Positions 39,076 through 48,810 of a stretch of DNA of 64,000 nt are shown piece by piece (within the stretch, counting starts at the first letter, position 1; each line of letters begins with the position of its first letter). Under the pieces are notes generated by a model. That model searched no databases. It saw only the letters and a list, made by a program, of their open reading frames with translations, and was not told the origin of the DNA. The position numbers were made by a program, and so were the translations under genes. The DNA is taken from assembly GCA_044376115.1 (NCBI GenBank), contig JBILLK010000022.1:64001-128000 (forward strand), given 5' to 3'. This stretch comes from Polyangiaceae bacterium (lineage in GTDB: Bacteria; Myxococcota_A; Polyangia; Polyangiales; Polyangiaceae).

Positions 39076-39476
39076 CTTCGCCAGGCCTCGAGCAGCGTGC
39101 GGTCGAGCGGGCGGGCGTGCGCAACCGGGACCAGCAGGTCTTCCCGCGTGAGCACGGCCACGAGCGGCTCCGACGTTCGGCGGCGCACCGCGCGTTCAAA
39201 CAGGGCGATCGGCCATGGAGGCGCCTCGGTGGTGGGGAGGAGCAACGAAGGAGCACCGAGCTCAGTCCCGAGGAAGACCGCCTCGGGCACCCACGGGAGC
39301 ACCTCCTCGGGACCGAGGATGATCACGACATCGCGACCGCCGATGGGCTCCGCGACGCCACGCAGCTTGGAGAGATCGCGCTTCAGCAGCGCCGCAACCA
39401 GGGCCTTCGCCGCGTCGCCGCGGGCCGCGACGGCCGTCGGCAGCAGCGGTGTTTCGCGCGGCGTCCAAGCGATCAT
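39072..39476 (-). CDS. bpX5-like small protein
   Basis: W.PRE.PL...AVAA.G, LPWV....FLG......LLLPT; ATGA/GTGA overlaps on both sides. Confidence 0.75.
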   Translation of the reverse strand: MIAWTPRETPLLPTAVAARGDAAKALVAALLKRDLSKLRGVAEPIGGRDVVIILGPEEVLPWVPEAVFLGTELGAPSLLLPTTEAPPWPIALFERAVRRRTSEPLVAVLTREDLLVPVAHARPLDRTLLEAWRR

Positions 39477-40675
39477 GAAGGCTTGAGTAGGTCGGTGATG
39501 CGGGCTTTGATCGAGGCGAGCTCCTCGGGGAGCTTGGAAGGATGAAAACCGGCGTCGATCGAGCGCGCGATGCCTTCGAGCCGGAGCTTCCAATCCTCGA
39601 GCTCGGCCTCTCCGCCGTCCGCTGGCCGGGCGTCGAACAGTGCTTCGGCTGTCTTCGCGATCTCACGCGCACGTGCGACCGGTCCGAGGGAGGTCTCGAG
39701 GGTGGCGCGAGCGAGCGCTTCATTCTCGGAAGACGCGAGCAGGTCCTTCAAGACCTCGCGCGCCAGACCTTGCGCATCTCGCGTGGGGACCGCGGCCACC
39801 AGCGGCCAGAGGTCGGCGTTGGTGGGGCTTGCGCGCCCACCCAGCGCGGCTGCGGCTGCGATCAGCGACTGCGTCTTCACGATTCGCCGGTCTGAAAGAT
39901 TGATCCCCGCGCGGCGTAGCAGGCGCACGGCTTGTGCGATCAGCGGTGTTACGCCCGAGAGGTCCATCGCGCGTGCGGCGCGGGCGAGTGCGTCGAGATC
40001 GGCGAGGCTGGCAGCGGCTTGCGCTGACTCGGTCGCGGGCGCGGATGGCGCAGCAGACGCGAGCGCCCAGCCTCCTTCAAGCAGGTCTTCCAAGCGAGGA
40101 TCCGCCATCGGGTCGACGAAGACGCGCACGAGGAATCGATCCGCGAACGCGGCCAAGTGTTCATCGTCTGGAATCGTGTTGGTCGCTCCGACGCACACCC
40201 GCAGCGGACAACGAATGCTGGTGTGTCCACGGCGAAAGATCCGCTCGTTGAGGACGCCCAGGAGCGTGTTCAAGATCGCGGTCGAGCCGAGGAAGACTTC
40301 GTCGAGAAACGCGATGTCGGCCTCGGGCAACATGCCGCGCGTCTCTGTCTCGACCGAGCCTTCGCGCAGCTTTCGAAGATCCACAGGGCCGAAGATCTCG
40401 CTCGGCTCGGTGAAGCGGCCGAGCAAGTACTCGAAGGTCGTGCCGCCGAACGCGCGCGCGATGCGCCTTACGGCCTCGCTCTTCGCAGTGCCTGGGGGGC
40501 CGACGATCAACACGTGCTCCTGTGCGACGGCGGCAAGGGCCACCAGCTCGAGCAACGACTGCCGCTCAACCAGGCCGCGACCAGCGGCGGAGATCGCGGT
40601 GCGCACCCGCTCCGCCGAGACCTTCGAATCCGTCATCGCCGCGAGTCTAGCCTGCGTATCGGTGTCGGGCGACAT
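39473..40675 (-). CDS. MoxR/RavA-family AAA+ ATPase
   Basis: GPPGTAKS, YLLGRFTEPSEIFGP, FLDEVF, LNER, DRF, SDRR. Confidence 0.95.
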   Translation of the reverse strand: MSPDTDTQARLAAMTDSKVSAERVRTAISAAGRGLVERQSLLELVALAAVAQEHVLIVGPPGTAKSEAVRRIARAFGGTTFEYLLGRFTEPSEIFGPVDLRKLREGSVETETRGMLPEADIAFLDEVFLGSTAILNTLLGVLNERIFRRGHTSIRCPLRVCVGATNTIPDDEHLAAFADRFLVRVFVDPMADPRLEDLLEGGWALASAAPSAPATESAQAAASLADLDALARAARAMDLSGVTPLIAQAVRLLRRAGINLSDRRIVKTQSLIAAAAALGGRASPTNADLWPLVAAVPTRDAQGLAREVLKDLLASSENEALARATLETSLGPVARAREIAKTAEALFDARPADGGEAELEDWKLRLEGIARSIDAGFHPSKLPEELASIKARITDLLKPS

Positions 40676-40776
40676 CGCGAGCTTCGGGGTGCTTGGTGAC
40701 GCGGCTGCGATGCAGCACCATTGCGTCGCCCCGCGCAGCTTGCGCCCCCACCCAGCGACGCCCTACCATGCGCCGC

Positions 40777-41364
40777 ATGAAGTACGCATTCGTTCTTATC
40801 GCCCTGCTCGGCTGCGGCGCCGATAGCAGCAACGTGACCGCGCCCACCGCGGAGCCCGACGCGAACCGGCAAGTACCGAGTGAGACCGCGACCGCGACCG
40901 CGCCCACGGCGGTGGTCAGCGCAACGGCGCAACCCTCTGCGAGCGCATCCGCGACGGCAACCGCAACCGCGACCGCGACGGCTGTCGCCAGCGTGGCACC
41001 TACCGCGACGGCCTCCGCTGCCCCCGCCGGTCCCGCGCCGCTCGAAGGCGCGAACGTCAACATCGGTTCCTTCGGCGCCGACGGCCTCTCACTGAAGGAC
41101 ATCTCGTGCAAAGCCGAGGGCGGCGGCCTGGGCGGACTCTTGGGCTCGATGACGATCGCGGCCGGCCTCTCCAAGCGCAAGGCCGCGCTCGACAAGTGCG
41201 GCAAGGCCGAGACCCGCGTGCACATTTGGCAGAAGGGCGGCAAGGTCACCAAGGCCGAGGTCGTCGGTGAGTCGAAGATCGGGCCGTGCATTCAGAAGGC
41301 TCTCGTGGGCGCGCCGGCGACCGTCGATTCGGAGTGCTTGTTGACGGTTGTGCACGGCAAGTAG
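40777..41364 (+). CDS. Lipoprotein with Ala/Thr linker and Cys-containing domain
   Basis: LLGC lipobox. Confidence 0.8.
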   Translation: MKYAFVLIALLGCGADSSNVTAPTAEPDANRQVPSETATATAPTAVVSATAQPSASASATATATATATAVASVAPTATASAAPAGPAPLEGANVNIGSFGADGLSLKDISCKAEGGGLGGLLGSMTIAAGLSKRKAALDKCGKAETRVHIWQKGGKVTKAEVVGESKIGPCIQKALVGAPATVDSECLLTVVHGK

Positions 41365-41390
41365 CTGGCCCCGCGGCAACTCGGAGGAGC

Positions 41391-42296
41391 CTACGGCGGC
41401 GTGAGCTGTGGCTCCTTGGCTAGCTTCTTGGCGAGCTCGGTGCGTTCGAGGCCGTAGCGCGGGTTGAGCAGTGTGGCGCGCACTTCGTTCGCGTCTTCCA
41501 CGCGACCGGCGCTGCGGTAGGCGCGGTAGCCGTTGTAGAGCAGCTCCTCACAACGAAGGCCGAGCCGCTTGCTCGCTGGGTCCTCGCAGCTGTCTTTGAA
41601 CAACGCGCGATAGCCGTCACCGGCCTGCCCGTAGAGCGTGGTCGAGTCGTTGGGTGGACCTGCGTCAGCGGCCCGCACCAGCTTCTCGACCGCTAAGCGG
41701 CGCACGTCGACGCGAATGCGCGCGAACGCGTCGCACGTCTCGTCGCCCGCCGAACCGACCGGCTTGCAGTAGCGCGCGAGATAGGCGTCGTTGTCCTTCG
41801 CGAGCAGCTCCACACACGCTGTTCGCGGCGGGACCGCACGCGTGGCTAGCAGGTTCAAGCTCTCGAGCGCCAACTGCGCCGCATACGGCCCGACCTCGGA
41901 GTTGGCCTCGAGCGCCAGTTCACGGAAGCCTTTGGCGGCCAGGTCGAAGCGGTCCGCTTCGAAGTGCACGCGCGCCCGGAAGTAGCGGCACTCTTCACTG
42001 CGGTCTTCCTCGGGGCAAGGGTTGGGGCGAATTCGCTCGGCCTCTTCCGCCTCGCGGCGCTTCCGGTTCCGCTCCAGCTTCTCTTTCGGGAAGTCGAGCT
42101 GATAGGGCTCTGCCACCACCAGGCAGCCATCACCCTTCACCTGGCTCTCCAGCTGGGCCGCGGCGGTGATCGCCGCGGTCGCGCTCGGTTGTTGTTGAGG
42201 GGCCGCGGGCACGACCTCTGTCGCGCCAGCCGCTGGTCCGCTCGGGCCGCAACCGCAAAAGCCCAGCCCAACCGAAAGCCAGATCGCAAAACGCAT
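41391..42296 (-). CDS. TPR-like lipoprotein
   Basis: Signal ending FCGC; YFRARVHFEADRFDLAA and LLYNGYRAY helices. Confidence 0.7.
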   Translation of the reverse strand: MRFAIWLSVGLGFCGCGPSGPAAGATEVVPAAPQQQPSATAAITAAAQLESQVKGDGCLVVAEPYQLDFPKEKLERNRKRREAEEAERIRPNPCPEEDRSEECRYFRARVHFEADRFDLAAKGFRELALEANSEVGPYAAQLALESLNLLATRAVPPRTACVELLAKDNDAYLARYCKPVGSAGDETCDAFARIRVDVRRLAVEKLVRAADAGPPNDSTTLYGQAGDGYRALFKDSCEDPASKRLGLRCEELLYNGYRAYRSAGRVEDANEVRATLLNPRYGLERTELAKKLAKEPQLTPP

Positions 42297-42360
42297 GGTG
42301 TTTCGTAGCCACTCGGCGCTGAAAGTTCCAGCCCGCGTGGTCGGGATGCGACTCAATACG

Positions 42361-42795
42361 TCAGAAGCGCGACGCGGCTAGCACCAGCGCATGCACGGTT
42401 AGCGCGATGAGCGCGAGCATTCCCACCGCGAAGGCTCGATTGCGATGCGGCTGCTTCGGCCGCAGGAAAAAGCCCGCGTGAACCAGGCGTGAGATCGCAT
42501 AGCCGCCAAAGTAGAGGGCGCTGAAGAGCGGCGGGCCGCCGAGCAGGACGAACGCGAGTCCGATGGCGAGGAAGAACGGCTGGCCCTCGGCGTCGTTGCG
42601 GAGCAGCCGCTGCGCGCGAACAACCCGCTCTACCTCGGCGGGCGGCTCGCTGCCTCGCCAATACGCGGCGTCCTCCGGATATTGAAAGGTCTTCGTGCGC
42701 ATCCGGGTGATGCCCTGAAGTCCCGCCGTGAAAACGAACTTCGCAAAAAGGGCCGCCGCGGCGAGGGTGTACCAGACGAGGGACATGCTAGACAT
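42361..42795 (-). CDS. MAPEG family membrane protein
   Basis: R....F..PED, VERVVRAQ...ND.E..PFF, SRLVHA. Confidence 0.85.
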   Translation of the reverse strand: MSSMSLVWYTLAAAALFAKFVFTAGLQGITRMRTKTFQYPEDAAYWRGSEPPAEVERVVRAQRLLRNDAEGQPFFLAIGLAFVLLGGPPLFSALYFGGYAISRLVHAGFFLRPKQPHRNRAFAVGMLALIALTVHALVLAASRF

Positions 42796-42804
42796 GGGGG
42801 CAAC

Positions 42805-43605
42805 GTGGAGCCCTCATCCCTCGTCAGCTTGAACGATTCGGGCGCTAGTGACGAACGGGCGATCGTCGTGTCGGGCGGGGCCACGCACCAAGGTCTGAAG
42901 GCGCAAACGTCGAGCCACGCGCACTACGCGTGGAAGCTCCACGTGGGCGTGGACGCACCCGTGTGGCTCACGTCGAAGACGAAGTGTGTACCGGCTCGGC
43001 ATGAGGCCCACGTGCTGCTCGTCCCGCCGAACTTCGAGCACCGCACGGGAGGGGTCGGCTGGTCGGTCGCGCTGTTCGTCGAGCCCGGCTCGCGCGGTAC
43101 ACCCTTTCGCAATGTGGATGGACCAAGCGTGATCGAGGGCAACGCCGCGAGGGCCATTCGAGCGCGCTGTGCTGCGCTCCTGGCCCAGCCCGCGAGCGAT
43201 GCAGCCTCGATGTTCGAAGAGACGGTGTCGGGGCGGATCAATCCGGGGCGACACGAGGTCGATGTTCGCGTGCGCCGCGCGCTGCGGTCCATCGCTAGCG
43301 ATCCCTCGATCGCGCTCGCTGAGCTGGCTGCATCGCTGGGCGTCTCGCTCGATCGGCTCACGCACATGGTGTCGCAGTCGACGGGGGCTCCGCTCCGCCG
43401 CCACGTGCTTTGGCAGCGCCTGCTGCGCGTGCTCTCGGGTGGAACCCCGCGTGGCGCGCTGGCCCGCGTGGCACAGGACGCGGGCTTCGCGGATCACGCG
43501 CACATGACGCGAACGTTTCGGCGGCTGCTCGGCCGCGCTCCTTCCGAGTTCCGTGCGCCGCCGGTCGTGCTCGCGCCGTGGGCTCAGCGATCGCAGGAGC
43601 GCTGA
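42805..43605 (+). CDS. AraC family transcriptional regulator
   Basis: HAHYAWKL cupin; LAASLGVS..RL.H; AGFADHAHMTRTFRRLLG; divergent from MAPEG. Confidence 0.9.
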   Translation: MEPSSLVSLNDSGASDERAIVVSGGATHQGLKAQTSSHAHYAWKLHVGVDAPVWLTSKTKCVPARHEAHVLLVPPNFEHRTGGVGWSVALFVEPGSRGTPFRNVDGPSVIEGNAARAIRARCAALLAQPASDAASMFEETVSGRINPGRHEVDVRVRRALRSIASDPSIALAELAASLGVSLDRLTHMVSQSTGAPLRRHVLWQRLLRVLSGGTPRGALARVAQDAGFADHAHMTRTFRRLLGRAPSEFRAPPVVLAPWAQRSQER

Positions 43606-44294
43606 ACCGCTTCATTGTGGCGTTGAATCGCCGCATCGAAACGAGCGTTTGCGGCCTGATCTCCAATCCAAACCTTGCGACGCGTGAAGAGCTCGCCGTA
43701 GGAGTCGACATTCCCCAGGTCGAGGAAGACGAAGGGGATCGAGCCCACCATCGCCCCAAGACCAGCGCCAGCGAGCGGCAGCATCGCGCCAAGGTCGGTT
43801 GCGCCGGTGACGGGGTCGGCCTCTGCGCTGAGCCCGACGGCAGCGCCTGCACCTGCGAGCGCCATCCCGCCGACGAGCAGGGTGATCCAGGTTGGGCGAG
43901 CCCAATAGACGAAGTCCCCCGATGAGTGGGGCTCGAGCGAACGCTCGTGATAGCGCGTGAGTTCAGGGTCGTTGAGGACGCCCAGCACCTGGTCCATCTC
44001 GAGCAGCTCTTCCCCGCGGTACACCGCGAAGCCCGAGCCTCCTCCCGAGATCGCAGCGGTTGGAGTGGCGTTGTAGACCGGCTGCCAGGCATTGCTCGCT
44101 GTCCCGATCGTAATCGAGCCGCCACCACCGATGCTCGCTCCACCGCTCGCGCGAGTTACGGTCAGCGAGTCGTCGTAGGCGCAGGCTTCTTTGGCATCAA
44201 AGGGTCGCGGGGGTGGCGGGCTTACCGGCGAAACGTGAGCACACCCGGGAGCGAGCAGCAGGAGGACGGCGAGACCTTGGCGAAGGGGCGTCAT
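43584..44294 (-). CDS. Lipoprotein / membrane hypothetical protein
   Basis: LAPGC lipobox, two TM segments. Confidence 0.7.
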   Translation of the reverse strand: MTPLRQGLAVLLLLAPGCAHVSPVSPPPPRPFDAKEACAYDDSLTVTRASGGASIGGGGSITIGTASNAWQPVYNATPTAAISGGGSGFAVYRGEELLEMDQVLGVLNDPELTRYHERSLEPHSSGDFVYWARPTWITLLVGGMALAGAGAAVGLSAEADPVTGATDLGAMLPLAGAGLGAMVGSIPFVFLDLGNVDSYGELFTRRKVWIGDQAANARFDAAIQRHNEAVQRSCDR

Positions 44295-44683
44295 GGGGCA
44301 GAAATATGCCTTGCGCTACGCCCCTCGAAAACTCGAAAATTCAGCAGAACCTTCGCGGTACGCCGTCCGAAATATCGGACACTGTCTCCCAACCCGGACA
44401 GCTATTCCGGTCGCTTTCGCGGCGGCTCACCTTCGAAGATGCGGGCTCGCTCGAGCTGTCCGACGAACTACGCAATGAGCTGCGCAGGCTCGCCACAACA
44501 CCGCACTAGCCACGCGTCCGTTATAACAGATTTGACTTGACCCAACTGCCACGTCGTTTCACGTTCGCCGGGTGAACAGCGGCCATCGCCATCCCTTCGT
44601 TTCCTGTCCCGGGCCGGCCGGGGCCTAGCGAGCGTACTGCTCGCAGCTCCGGTCGGCGTAGCAACTGGAGAGGATGGTTGAGC

Positions 44684-45124
44684 ATGGATATCGCTACGAT
44701 TGCAGAGCCGCGTTCGCGTCACGTTTACACTCGTGTTGGAGAGGAAGACGTACTGGTTCGCCCACTTCGACGAGGCGATGAAGACGGCTATGTCGAGCCG
44801 CTTCAGTTTGGGCTCGTGGTGCTCGGTTCCACCAAGCTCGGCGGCCGTGAGGGCCCAGCGATCGCCAAGGCCCGTTTCACGCGCACCAACAGCACTTCGA
44901 GCACAGCCGTATTGGCCATCACTACGCCGGAGGATGAGGAGGGCTTCGAGGTCGGAACGTTGCTCTTGCGAGAGCTGATCACTGAGGCGCTGGAGCAGGG
45001 AGTGGACCGCTTCCGCACCGAGACCCATCACAATACGCCAGCGATGTTTCGGCTGCTCGCACGCTTCGGACGCATCAAGCTGCGACCGAGCGGAGTGCTC
45101 GAGCTCGCTATCGCACGCTCGTAG
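44684..45124 (+). CDS. GNAT-like protein (possibly degenerate)
   Basis: VRPLRRGD, ARF, G..VGTLLLRELI..A...G, N.AM.RLL. Confidence 0.65.
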   Translation: MDIATIAEPRSRHVYTRVGEEDVLVRPLRRGDEDGYVEPLQFGLVVLGSTKLGGREGPAIAKARFTRTNSTSSTAVLAITTPEDEEGFEVGTLLLRELITEALEQGVDRFRTETHHNTPAMFRLLARFGRIKLRPSGVLELAIARS

Positions 45125-45218
45125 TCGGGGCGGCGGGAATCGCGCGACAGCGTGCGCCTCCACCAATTCTCCACCTTGCAGCCCTGCTGACCACACAGGC
45201 GAGGGTTAGCCTCACACA

Positions 45219-46412
45219 ATGCGCGTTCGTTCGGCTTTGCCCGTCCTTCTCTCGGTCGTGCTTGCGAGTTGCCTGTGGCTCATCACGGTGCATCACGTTT
45301 ACTCGCCGGGGTCGAGTCTCGAGCCAGACCCATCGGGTGTACCACCGCGCGCACAAGAGCTCGCGAAGCGCCATCTGGCCCTGTGGTCGGACGAGCGGCT
45401 GAGGGCCAACGAACAAGTCCGCATGCGCGCGAGCAACGCCGAGTGGGACTTCATGGGCCGCAGCTTTCTGGCCTGGTCCTTCGCCAACCTCGCGCTGCGT
45501 CAACCCGCCGAGGCACCGCGCTACCTCAAAGCGATCGACGCCATCATCGATGAGACGCTCAAGCTCGAGGCCGAGCGCGGCATGCACCATTTTCTGATGC
45601 CGTACTCGCGGCGCGCGCCCTTCGTGATGCAACCGGAGCGCAGCCAGTTCCTTGATGGCGAGATCGCACTGATGCTCGCCCATCGTCTGCTGATCGCCCC
45701 GCGGGAGGACTATCGCAGCGAGCTGGTTCGGCGCGTCGAGGCGATGACCGCGCGCATGGAACAGAGCCCGGTGCTCAGCGCAGAGAGCTACCCCGACGAA
45801 TGTTGGACCTTCTGCAACACCGTCGCGCTGGCCGCCATCCGCGGCTCCGACGCGGTGACGGGTAGCGACCACTCAGAGCTCGCACGCCGCTGGGTCGAGG
45901 TCGCACGCGAGAAGCTGGTGGAGCCGGAGACTGGCCTTCTGATCGCGAGCTACACCGTGCGCGGCGAGCACCTCGACAAGGCCGAGGGTTCGAGCATTTG
46001 GCTGAGTGCCTCGATGTTGCAGCTCGTGGATGAGCCCTTCGCGCGGGAGCAATACAAGCTCGCGCGCAAGCAGCTTGGTCACGACCTCTTGGGCTTCGGC
46101 TGGGCGCGCGAATGGCCCGCCGGAGCGAAAGAGCAGGTGGATGTCGACTCCGGACCGATCGTCCCGTGGCTCGAAGTGAGCGCCGGATCGAGCGGGCTCG
46201 CGTTCGTCGGCGCCGCATCCTTCGGCGACAGCGCCTGGAACCGCGAGCTGCACACCACGCTCAACTTTGCGGGCTTCCCAACCAGGGACGAGTCGGGCCT
46301 GCGCTTCGCTGCGTCGAACCAAGTTGGGGACGCGGTGGTGCTGTATGCGCTCAGCTTGGGCCCGGCGTTTGACGCCTTCCGCGCACGCCTGCGCGAGAGG
46401 AGCGGCGTATGA
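45219..46412 (+). CDS. Secreted (alpha/alpha)6-barrel protein, linalool dehydratase/isomerase-like
   Basis: ESYPDECWTFCNTVALAA resembles the LinD-like Cys motif; N-terminal TM/signal. Confidence 0.55.
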   Translation: MRVRSALPVLLSVVLASCLWLITVHHVYSPGSSLEPDPSGVPPRAQELAKRHLALWSDERLRANEQVRMRASNAEWDFMGRSFLAWSFANLALRQPAEAPRYLKAIDAIIDETLKLEAERGMHHFLMPYSRRAPFVMQPERSQFLDGEIALMLAHRLLIAPREDYRSELVRRVEAMTARMEQSPVLSAESYPDECWTFCNTVALAAIRGSDAVTGSDHSELARRWVEVAREKLVEPETGLLIASYTVRGEHLDKAEGSSIWLSASMLQLVDEPFAREQYKLARKQLGHDLLGFGWAREWPAGAKEQVDVDSGPIVPWLEVSAGSSGLAFVGAASFGDSAWNRELHTTLNFAGFPTRDESGLRFAASNQVGDAVVLYALSLGPAFDAFRARLRERSGV

Positions 46413-46690
46413 AGTCCGGCAGGAAGATCGACCTCGTGCGTGGCGCTCCAACGCGCCTCGTGCTGGCCGCGCTCGCTCTCACCGCCTGCCTCGTGATCGC
46501 GCAACTCGCGGGGCTGCGCAGCTCGGTGAGCGTGCTGGCCACCGGCGCCTCCGCCGACTTGCTCGCTGGCCTCGTTTACGCAGCATCGTACTTTGCGGCG
46601 GTGCTGCTGGCCCCACCGCTACTGCTGGCGGCTCTGCTGATCGCGATCACGCGCTGGATGTGGCCGCAGGGGCAAGCCGTGGGTGAATGA
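46409..46690 (+). CDS. Small membrane protein
   Basis: ATGA overlap with the upstream gene; 2-3 TM helices. Confidence 0.7.
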   Translation: MKSGRKIDLVRGAPTRLVLAALALTACLVIAQLAGLRSSVSVLATGASADLLAGLVYAASYFAAVLLAPPLLLAALLIAITRWMWPQGQAVGE

Positions 46691-46708
46691 AGTGGCGCTG
46701 GCGAGTGA

Positions 46709-48073
46709 CTACGCAAAGGGGCGACCCACCGTGACTCGGTCCTGCACGCAGGCGTAGCCGCCCTCCGCGAGCGGAAGCTCGAGCTTCAACTCGAGGTCGA
46801 GCGCGTCGCCGAAGCGAAGCAGCGGCTCCTCCGGCGGCCCGCGCAGCCAGCGTGCTTGCAAGAGCTCCACCTTCACGTCGACGTCCCCCAAACGCGCGCT
46901 GATTGCACGTTGCATTCGCTCCACCAGCGTCTCCGGCTCGCGCGCGCCGAGCTCGATCCCGGCGCACTCGAGATGTAGACGATCGAGCAAAACGCGCAGC
47001 CGACTCCAGGCGAGCGACCAGCTCAGCGGCACCACCGGCGCAGCCGACGCCAAGGTCACCGCGACGGGCGACTCGCTCGTCGAGCCGAACAGCGAGACAC
47101 CGCGCGCGCGCGCCTCGGCCAACTCGGAGAAGGGCGCTGGGCGATAGCCCATGACTCGCACCGGCGACAAGACGTTGTTCACCGTGGCCTCCCCGCAGAA
47201 GGCGTTGGCCATCGCAGCGCCGAGGGCGAGACCGCTGGAGACGCGCTGGCCGCTTACAGAAAAGGGCGTCGCTCCGACCATCAGGTGGCGGGCTCCCGCC
47301 GCCGCGCGCAGCTGCTCCCAGTCCTCGCCCAACGCGGTGAGCGGCGTTTCCTCGAGCGAGAGCACCACCGGCAGCGAGAGCTCGTTGGCCACACGAGCGA
47401 AGCTCGCGAGCAAGCGTTGGTCCCGCACAGGATTGAGCTCGGTCAGCACCACAGCACCGAAGAACGGTTCCATCCCAGGGTGGTTGTAGGGACGAAGCCA
47501 GTTATGGAAGGCCGTCCTACGAAGGCTCGCAGCGTTCTCGAAGTCGGCCGCAAGCTCTGCTGCATCGGCCGTAAAGAGGTCCAGTTCGACGCCGCGGGCC
47601 TCACGCAAGAGCCACGCGACCGCATGCCACGAGGCGCGTACGGCAGGAGCTGCGTGCTCGAGATCGGCGAGGGAGCGAGCTCGCTGCGCGCGCCCAGGGA
47701 GTGCGATGGCTGCGTCTGCGATCGCCCCATCGATCGAGCGAAGGTCCCGCAGCCGTCGATCCTCGAGATAGGGCGTTCGCTCGTCGCCCAGGAAGTCGCC
47801 CACCACGGCGAAGCGCGGTCGCAGCGGCGTTGCATAGCGCTTGAAGCCTGGAGCGAGCGAGCACGGGTCATCCTTGCGCGGTTCCAGTCGCAGCGGCGCT
47901 GGACAAATCAACGGAGCGGGCGTGAAGCGCCGCACAGCGCTCGCTCGCTCGCCGAGGCCGCGCTGCTCCAACGCGGTAGCGAGCCGCTCGCGTGCTTGAG
48001 CATCGTGGGCAGCGTTCAATTCGAGTGGGAGGAGGTCCTCGTTCAAGGCGCCAATTGTAGCCACAATGAGCAC
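46709..48073 (-). CDS. Divergent T6SS contractile sheath-like protein (TssB-like segment + TssC-like body)
   Basis: FAVVGDFLG...LEDRR (TssB-like); ASWHAVAWLL, EL.ADFENA, PGMEPFFGAVV, WEQLR, SRLRVLL (TssC-like). Confidence 0.6.
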   Translation of the reverse strand: MLIVATIGALNEDLLPLELNAAHDAQARERLATALEQRGLGERASAVRRFTPAPLICPAPLRLEPRKDDPCSLAPGFKRYATPLRPRFAVVGDFLGDERTPYLEDRRLRDLRSIDGAIADAAIALPGRAQRARSLADLEHAAPAVRASWHAVAWLLREARGVELDLFTADAAELAADFENAASLRRTAFHNWLRPYNHPGMEPFFGAVVLTELNPVRDQRLLASFARVANELSLPVVLSLEETPLTALGEDWEQLRAAAGARHLMVGATPFSVSGQRVSSGLALGAAMANAFCGEATVNNVLSPVRVMGYRPAPFSELAEARARGVSLFGSTSESPVAVTLASAAPVVPLSWSLAWSRLRVLLDRLHLECAGIELGAREPETLVERMQRAISARLGDVDVKVELLQARWLRGPPEEPLLRFGDALDLELKLELPLAEGGYACVQDRVTVGRPFA

Positions 48074-48129
48074 GCTACGCTTGGTGGTGCGCGAGGGTTA
48101 CGCGTTGAGCGGAACTCGCTCGCGTGCCG

Positions 48130-48810
48130 TTAGAGCAAGATCAGTCGGCCGGCGTAGCCTGTATGGCGATCGATCGCGGCGAGGTGCAGGTCGCGCAAAG
48201 GGCCTGGCAGGGCCAAAGCGATTTGAGCGTTGGTCCAGGCGGCGCTGCGCGCGGTGCGGATGCTGAAGCTCTCGAGTAGGTCATCAACGGGCCCGAGCGC
48301 CTCGTCGATCGCCTCCCCGAGCTGGTCGAAGAGCGCCTGCTTAGCGTCGGCCATCAGCTCGAACAGCAGGTCGTCAACGGCCTGATAGTCGTGATGTCGC
48401 TCGGTGCCCGTCTCGAGGTCATCACCGAGCTCAGCGGCCGTCGTCAGCAACGCCGAGACGAGGTCCCGATTGATGTGCGCGTTCATCCCAGCGAGCGCGA
48501 AGCGGAAGGCCGACTTGTCGCATTGGAAGCGCTTCTCCCGCAGCGGCCGCCACGCCCGTGCGACCTCATCTTCATGGGCGATCAACGCGTCTTGGTAGGT
48601 GCGAGCGAACACCACGTCGAGCCGCGAGACGAACACGGGGTCATTGACGTCGCCCGCGGCCACCTTGGCGATCACGCGCTCGGTCACGCTCAGATAGAGC
48701 GCATTGAAGTAGAGGAAACCGTCGTGAGGCGGCAGCGCTTTGCCAACCGCCCGCATCCAGGTCGCGACCTCGGGCAGGCTCGCGGAGCTATCAAGAATGG
48801 GAAGGCTCAT
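48130..48810 (-). CDS. DUF5995-like protein
   Basis: DG..YFNALYLSVT, LDVVFA..Y, AW.PL, LAGMNAHINRDL. Confidence 0.8.
   Translation of the reverse strand: MSLPILDSSASLPEVATWMRAVGKALPPHDGFLYFNALYLSVTERVIAKVAAGDVNDPVFVSRLDVVFARTYQDALIAHEDEVARAWRPLREKRFQCDKSAFRFALAGMNAHINRDLVSALLTTAAELGDDLETGTERHHDYQAVDDLLFELMADAKQALFDQLGEAIDEALGPVDDLLESFSIRTARSAAWTNAQIALALPGPLRDLHLAAIDRHTGYAGRLILL

Noticed and set aside
44294..44684. Riboswitch or ncRNA in an AT-richer intergenic region
   Set aside because: No recognisable conserved motif; consistent with divergent promoters
46709..48073. Functional T6SS locus
   Set aside because: No hcp, vgrG, baseplate or membrane-complex genes nearby
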